Assembly: GCA_022750335.1 (NCBI GenBank)
Contig: JAKIVX010000002.1
Span: forward strand, 53,442-117,441
Direction: 5' to 3'
Source: Thermoplasmata archaeon
Lineage (GTDB): Archaea > Thermoplasmatota > Thermoplasmata > Lutacidiplasmatales > UBA184
Length of the DNA: 64,000 bases
The notes beneath the pieces are model-generated. The model saw only the letters and a list, made by a program, of their open reading frames with translations, was not told the DNA's origin and ran no database searches. Positions within the stretch are counted from its first letter, which is position 1; every line of letters begins with the position of its first letter. Of the stretch, positions 60,692-64,000 are shown in pieces. A program made the translations under genes and the position numbers.

Positions 60692-62485
60692 ATGACCACC
60701 CCCGCAGCCAAAACGACCCCGATTCCGGAGATGTCCGGCGCCGCCGCTCCGCGCACGCCCCCGCAGTTGTCCGACGTGAGTGTGATGATCGGTGGGCAGG
60801 GGGGCGACGGCACCCTGACCGTATCGGACCTCTTGGGCCGGTACTTCCGCAAGCGGGGCCTCTACGTCTACCTCTCGCGCAACGTCCTCTCCCGGATCCG
60901 CGGCGGTCATGCGGACGCGTCGGTCCGCGGCAGCCGCGCGGCGGTCGCGGCCGTCAAGACGGAGGTGGACGTGCTCGTCGCGTTCGACAAGGAAGCCATC
61001 GAGATCGGTAAGGGTGAACTCGCCGCCCACGGGTACATCCTCTACGATTCGACCACGTTCCAGGTCGACCTGCCGAACGCCACCGGCTTCCCGTTCGCTA
61101 CCCTCGTCGGCGGCCCGCTCGGTCAACCGATCTTCAAGAACACCGCGGCGTACGGGGCGTTGAGCGTCATCTTCGGGTTCGATCCCACGGAGACCCGGGC
61201 GGTCATCGAAGAGCGGTTCAAGCGCCGGGGCGGCGAAGCCCTCGAAAAGAACCTCAAGGCGCTCGAGATCGGGCGGAAGGCCGCCCTCGAAACGCCCGGC
61301 CTTGCCGATCGCTTCTCGATCGCGGACGGGGACGCGCACGATTTCATCATGACGACCGGCAACCAGGCGGCCGCGATGGGGTTCGTCGTGGGTGGCGGAC
61401 GGTTTTTCGCCGGTTACCCGATCACTCCCGCGACCGAGATCATGGAGTACCTCCAGCGCTACCTTCCCGCCTTCCACGGTGTGGTCCGGCAGGCCGAGGA
61501 CGAGCTGGCGGCCGTCAACATGATCATCGGTGCTTCGTACGCCGGGGCCCGGGTCATGACCTCCACGAGCGGCCCCGGACTTTCGTTGATGACCGAGGGG
61601 ATCGGTCACGCCGGAGCGGCGGAGATCCCGATCGTCATCGCCGACTGCCAGCGTGTGGGGCCTTCCACGGGCCAGCCGACGCGGCACGAGCAGTCCGACC
61701 TCTCCCATCTCGCCAACCTCGGGCACGGCGAGTTCCCCCGGTTCATCCTCGCGCCCGGGACGCCGGAGGAATGTTTCCTCCTGACTGCGGAGGCCCTCAA
61801 TCTGGCTGAACGCTGGCGCCTTCCCGTCATCCTCCTGCTGGACGAGGCCCTGTGCCAGAATGCCACGACCAGCCGACGGTTCGAGCTCGACAAGGTCCAC
61901 ATCGACCGCGGGGAGCGCCTGACCGGCGAGGCCGCGGCCGCGCTCACCCAATACAAGGCCTACGCGTTCTCGGAATCGGGCCGCTCGGCCTATGCCCCAC
62001 CGGGGACCCCGGGCATCTGGGCGGAGATCACGGGCAACGAGCACGACGAGTGGGGACACGTGAACGTCAATCCGACGAACCGCGTGCGGATGATGAAAAA
62101 GCGGATGGAGAAGATGGTGAAGGCCCGGGACGAGCTTCCGTCGGCCAACCACTTCGGGTCCACCGACGCGAAGATCGGGATCATCGCGTTCGGGAGCACG
62201 ATCGGTCCGGTGCGGGAGGCCCACGGACTCCTGACGGCCAAGGGAACGGCAGTTCAGATCCTCCAACCCCGGACGCTCTTCCCCGTGCCGGTGCACGAGA
62301 TCGACCCATTCTTGAAATCGGTCGATGTGTGCTACGTCATCGAGCACAACTACACGGGTCAGTTCGCGCGCCTCCTCCGAGAGACCATGCCCTGGCATCA
62401 CACGAAGCTGCGGTCCCTGACCAAGTACGACGGCACGAACTTCCGCGCCCCCCAGGTCGTCGCGGGGATCCAAGGAGGTCCGTAA
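60692..62485 (+). CDS. korA: 2-oxoacid:ferredoxin oxidoreductase alpha subunit (gamma-alpha fusion)
   Basis: 'SRIRGGH', 'GYPITPATE', 'QAEDE', 'TSGPG', 'QRVGPSTG'. Confidence 0.93.
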   Translation: MTTPAAKTTPIPEMSGAAAPRTPPQLSDVSVMIGGQGGDGTLTVSDLLGRYFRKRGLYVYLSRNVLSRIRGGHADASVRGSRAAVAAVKTEVDVLVAFDKEAIEIGKGELAAHGYILYDSTTFQVDLPNATGFPFATLVGGPLGQPIFKNTAAYGALSVIFGFDPTETRAVIEERFKRRGGEALEKNLKALEIGRKAALETPGLADRFSIADGDAHDFIMTTGNQAAAMGFVVGGGRFFAGYPITPATEIMEYLQRYLPAFHGVVRQAEDELAAVNMIIGASYAGARVMTSTSGPGLSLMTEGIGHAGAAEIPIVIADCQRVGPSTGQPTRHEQSDLSHLANLGHGEFPRFILAPGTPEECFLLTAEALNLAERWRLPVILLLDEALCQNATTSRRFELDKVHIDRGERLTGEAAAALTQYKAYAFSESGRSAYAPPGTPGIWAEITGNEHDEWGHVNVNPTNRVRMMKKRMEKMVKARDELPSANHFGSTDAKIGIIAFGSTIGPVREAHGLLTAKGTAVQILQPRTLFPVPVHEIDPFLKSVDVCYVIEHNYTGQFARLLRETMPWHHTKLRSLTKYDGTNFRAPQVVAGIQGGP

Positions 62486-62486
62486 G

Positions 62487-63353
62487 ATGGTCGAATCGGC
62501 GAAGCCCGTTCCGCCCATCTGGTGTCCGGGCTGTGGAGATTTCGGCGTCCTCGCCGCCCTCAAGAAGGCCGCGCTCGAGATGAAGGTCGCCACCCACGAC
62601 CTCGTGCTGGTGGGCGGGATCGGCTGCTCCGGCTCGATCCATAACTTCCTCGAGATCAACGGCATCCACGCGCTGCACGGTCGGCTCCTCGCGCAGGCGA
62701 TCGGCGTGAAGCTCGCGAATCCCGCGCTCACCGTCATCGCGGCCGGTGGGGACGGGGACGGGTATGCGATCGGAATGGGTCACTTCATGCACGCGTTCAA
62801 GAAGAACGCCTCGATCGTCTACATCGCGATGAACAACGAGACCTACGGTCTCACGAAGGGGCAGGCTTCCCCCACGAGCCAGATCGGCTTCGAGGGGAAC
62901 ATCGAACGTCCGTTCGACGCGATCCTCACGGCCCTGTCGATCCCGGCGCCCAACCTGATCGCTCGCACGTTTTCGGGCGACCCCAAGACCATGATCTCCG
63001 TCCTGGTCGAGGCGCTGAAGTTCCAGAAGGAGGGCCGAGGGTTCGCCTTCATCGAGGACCTCTCGCCGTGCGTCACCTACAACGACACGTACAAGCTCTG
63101 GCGCGAGAAGGTCCTAGACGTCTCGAAGGTCGAAGGGTACGACCCCACCGACCGGAAGGCGATGTTCCGGATCTGCCTCGAGACGATGGAGGCGGGTCGG
63201 ATCCCGATCGGGATCATGCATCGCCCCAAGGAGTCGATGCGCGAAGGTCTCGAGTCGAAGCTCCTCGGGGACGCGGCCGGGCCCGCCCGGTCCGACATCT
63301 CGCTGGAGCCGAACATGGGCGCGTACCAGAAGCTCCTCGCCGGCATCGCCTAG
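62487..63353 (+). CDS. korB: 2-oxoacid:ferredoxin oxidoreductase beta subunit
   Basis: 'WCPGCGD', 'GIGCS', 'GDGD', 'YGLTKGQASPT', 'SPCVTYN'. Confidence 0.93.
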   Translation: MVESAKPVPPIWCPGCGDFGVLAALKKAALEMKVATHDLVLVGGIGCSGSIHNFLEINGIHALHGRLLAQAIGVKLANPALTVIAAGGDGDGYAIGMGHFMHAFKKNASIVYIAMNNETYGLTKGQASPTSQIGFEGNIERPFDAILTALSIPAPNLIARTFSGDPKTMISVLVEALKFQKEGRGFAFIEDLSPCVTYNDTYKLWREKVLDVSKVEGYDPTDRKAMFRICLETMEAGRIPIGIMHRPKESMREGLESKLLGDAAGPARSDISLEPNMGAYQKLLAGIA

Positions 63354-63401
63354 TTCGACGCACCCGACCGGACGACCCCGTCCGCGAGGAGGAGCGGGAC
63401 C

Positions 63402-64000
63402 ATCTGGATCGGGGTGGACGACACCGACAGTCCGCGCGGAGGTTGCACGACCTACGTGCTCACCGAGCTCGTGGCCCTGGCCCGGCAGCAGGGACTCGAC
63501 CTCCTCGGCGAGCCTCGACTCGTCCGGCTGAATCCCAACATCCCGTGGCGCACCCGCGGGAACGCGGCGCTCTCCGCCCGCTTCGGTCATGGGACCGGAC
63601 CGAGACGTCGTGTGGGAATGATCGGCGGGACCCCGGTCTGGTCCCACCGGCGGGGGCGACCGCCTACGCCCGTCGAACGGACCCGGTATCTCGACGCCGC
63701 TTGGGAGCTGGTCCTTAGAGAGGCGGGAAAAGACGTCGGGACGGACCCCGCCCTCGTCGCGGTCGATCGGCGCCTCCCCGCGGAGGTCTATTGGAGGGCC
63801 GTTCGGGAGGTCGTTCCCGTGTCGCGAGCTCGGACCCGTCTCGAGAAATCCGGTGCGTGGTTCCGGTGGTCGGGGAGTGAGCGGGGGCTGGTCGGTGCGG
63901 CCGCGGCCGTCGCCTGGCCAGGACGCCATCCGACCTGGGAACTGATCTCCTACCGCGAGCGCGCCCGTTGGGGGACACCGCGGGCGGTCGACCCGGCGAG
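63402..64000 (+). CDS. tiaS: tRNA(Ile2) agmatidine synthetase, 5' part (runs off window; apparent ATC start)
   Basis: Hand translation 'xWIGVDDTDSPRGGCTTY...PRLVRLNPNIPWRTRGNAA...RGLVGAAAA'; frame open to base 64000. Confidence 0.92.
   Translation, partial: MWIGVDDTDSPRGGCTTYVLTELVALARQQGLDLLGEPRLVRLNPNIPWRTRGNAALSARFGHGTGPRRRVGMIGGTPVWSHRRGRPPTPVERTRYLDAAWELVLREAGKDVGTDPALVAVDRRLPAEVYWRAVREVVPVSRARTRLEKSGAWFRWSGSERGLVGAAAAVAWPGRHPTWELISYRERARWGTPRAVDPA

Noticed and set aside
62487..64000. KorB-TiaS fusion by pyrrolysine or amber read-through
   Set aside because: No pyl genes in the window, no functional logic for the fusion, and a strong SD before ATC 63402 favours independent initiation. 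Not formally excluded.

Overview
This is a GC-rich, densely coding chromosomal window from an archaeon. Marker genes (aIF2-gamma, S6e, PCNA, EF-1beta, PurP, phosphopantothenate synthetase, AglB, TiaS) and a thermopsin-type surface repeat point to Thermoplasmata; that placement is inference. Content is mostly housekeeping: translation, CoA/NAD/purine cofactor synthesis, acyl-CoA and 2-oxoacid metabolism, and surface-protein processing. I see no CRISPR array, transposase or integrase. Highlights: (1) both tRNA genes found, Ser-GGA and His-GUG, carry a short bulge-helix-bulge intron at the same non-canonical T-loop position 59/60; (2) tiaS has no ATG/GTG/TTG ahead of its first conserved motif and appears to start at ATC behind a strong Shine-Dalgarno sequence; (3) a LeuA/LeuC/LeuD/LeuB-type 2-oxoacid elongation operon is translationally coupled to an SCP2-type thiolase plus DUF35 protein and lies divergent from a 2-oxoacid:ferredoxin oxidoreductase; (4) a solo, internally duplicated Cas4-like nuclease has a rearranged Cys cluster; (5) AglB is 2199 aa long; (6) several small genes are missing from the ORF track, including eL41 and a 43-aa membrane peptide. 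All calls come from reading motifs by eye and start codons are best estimates.
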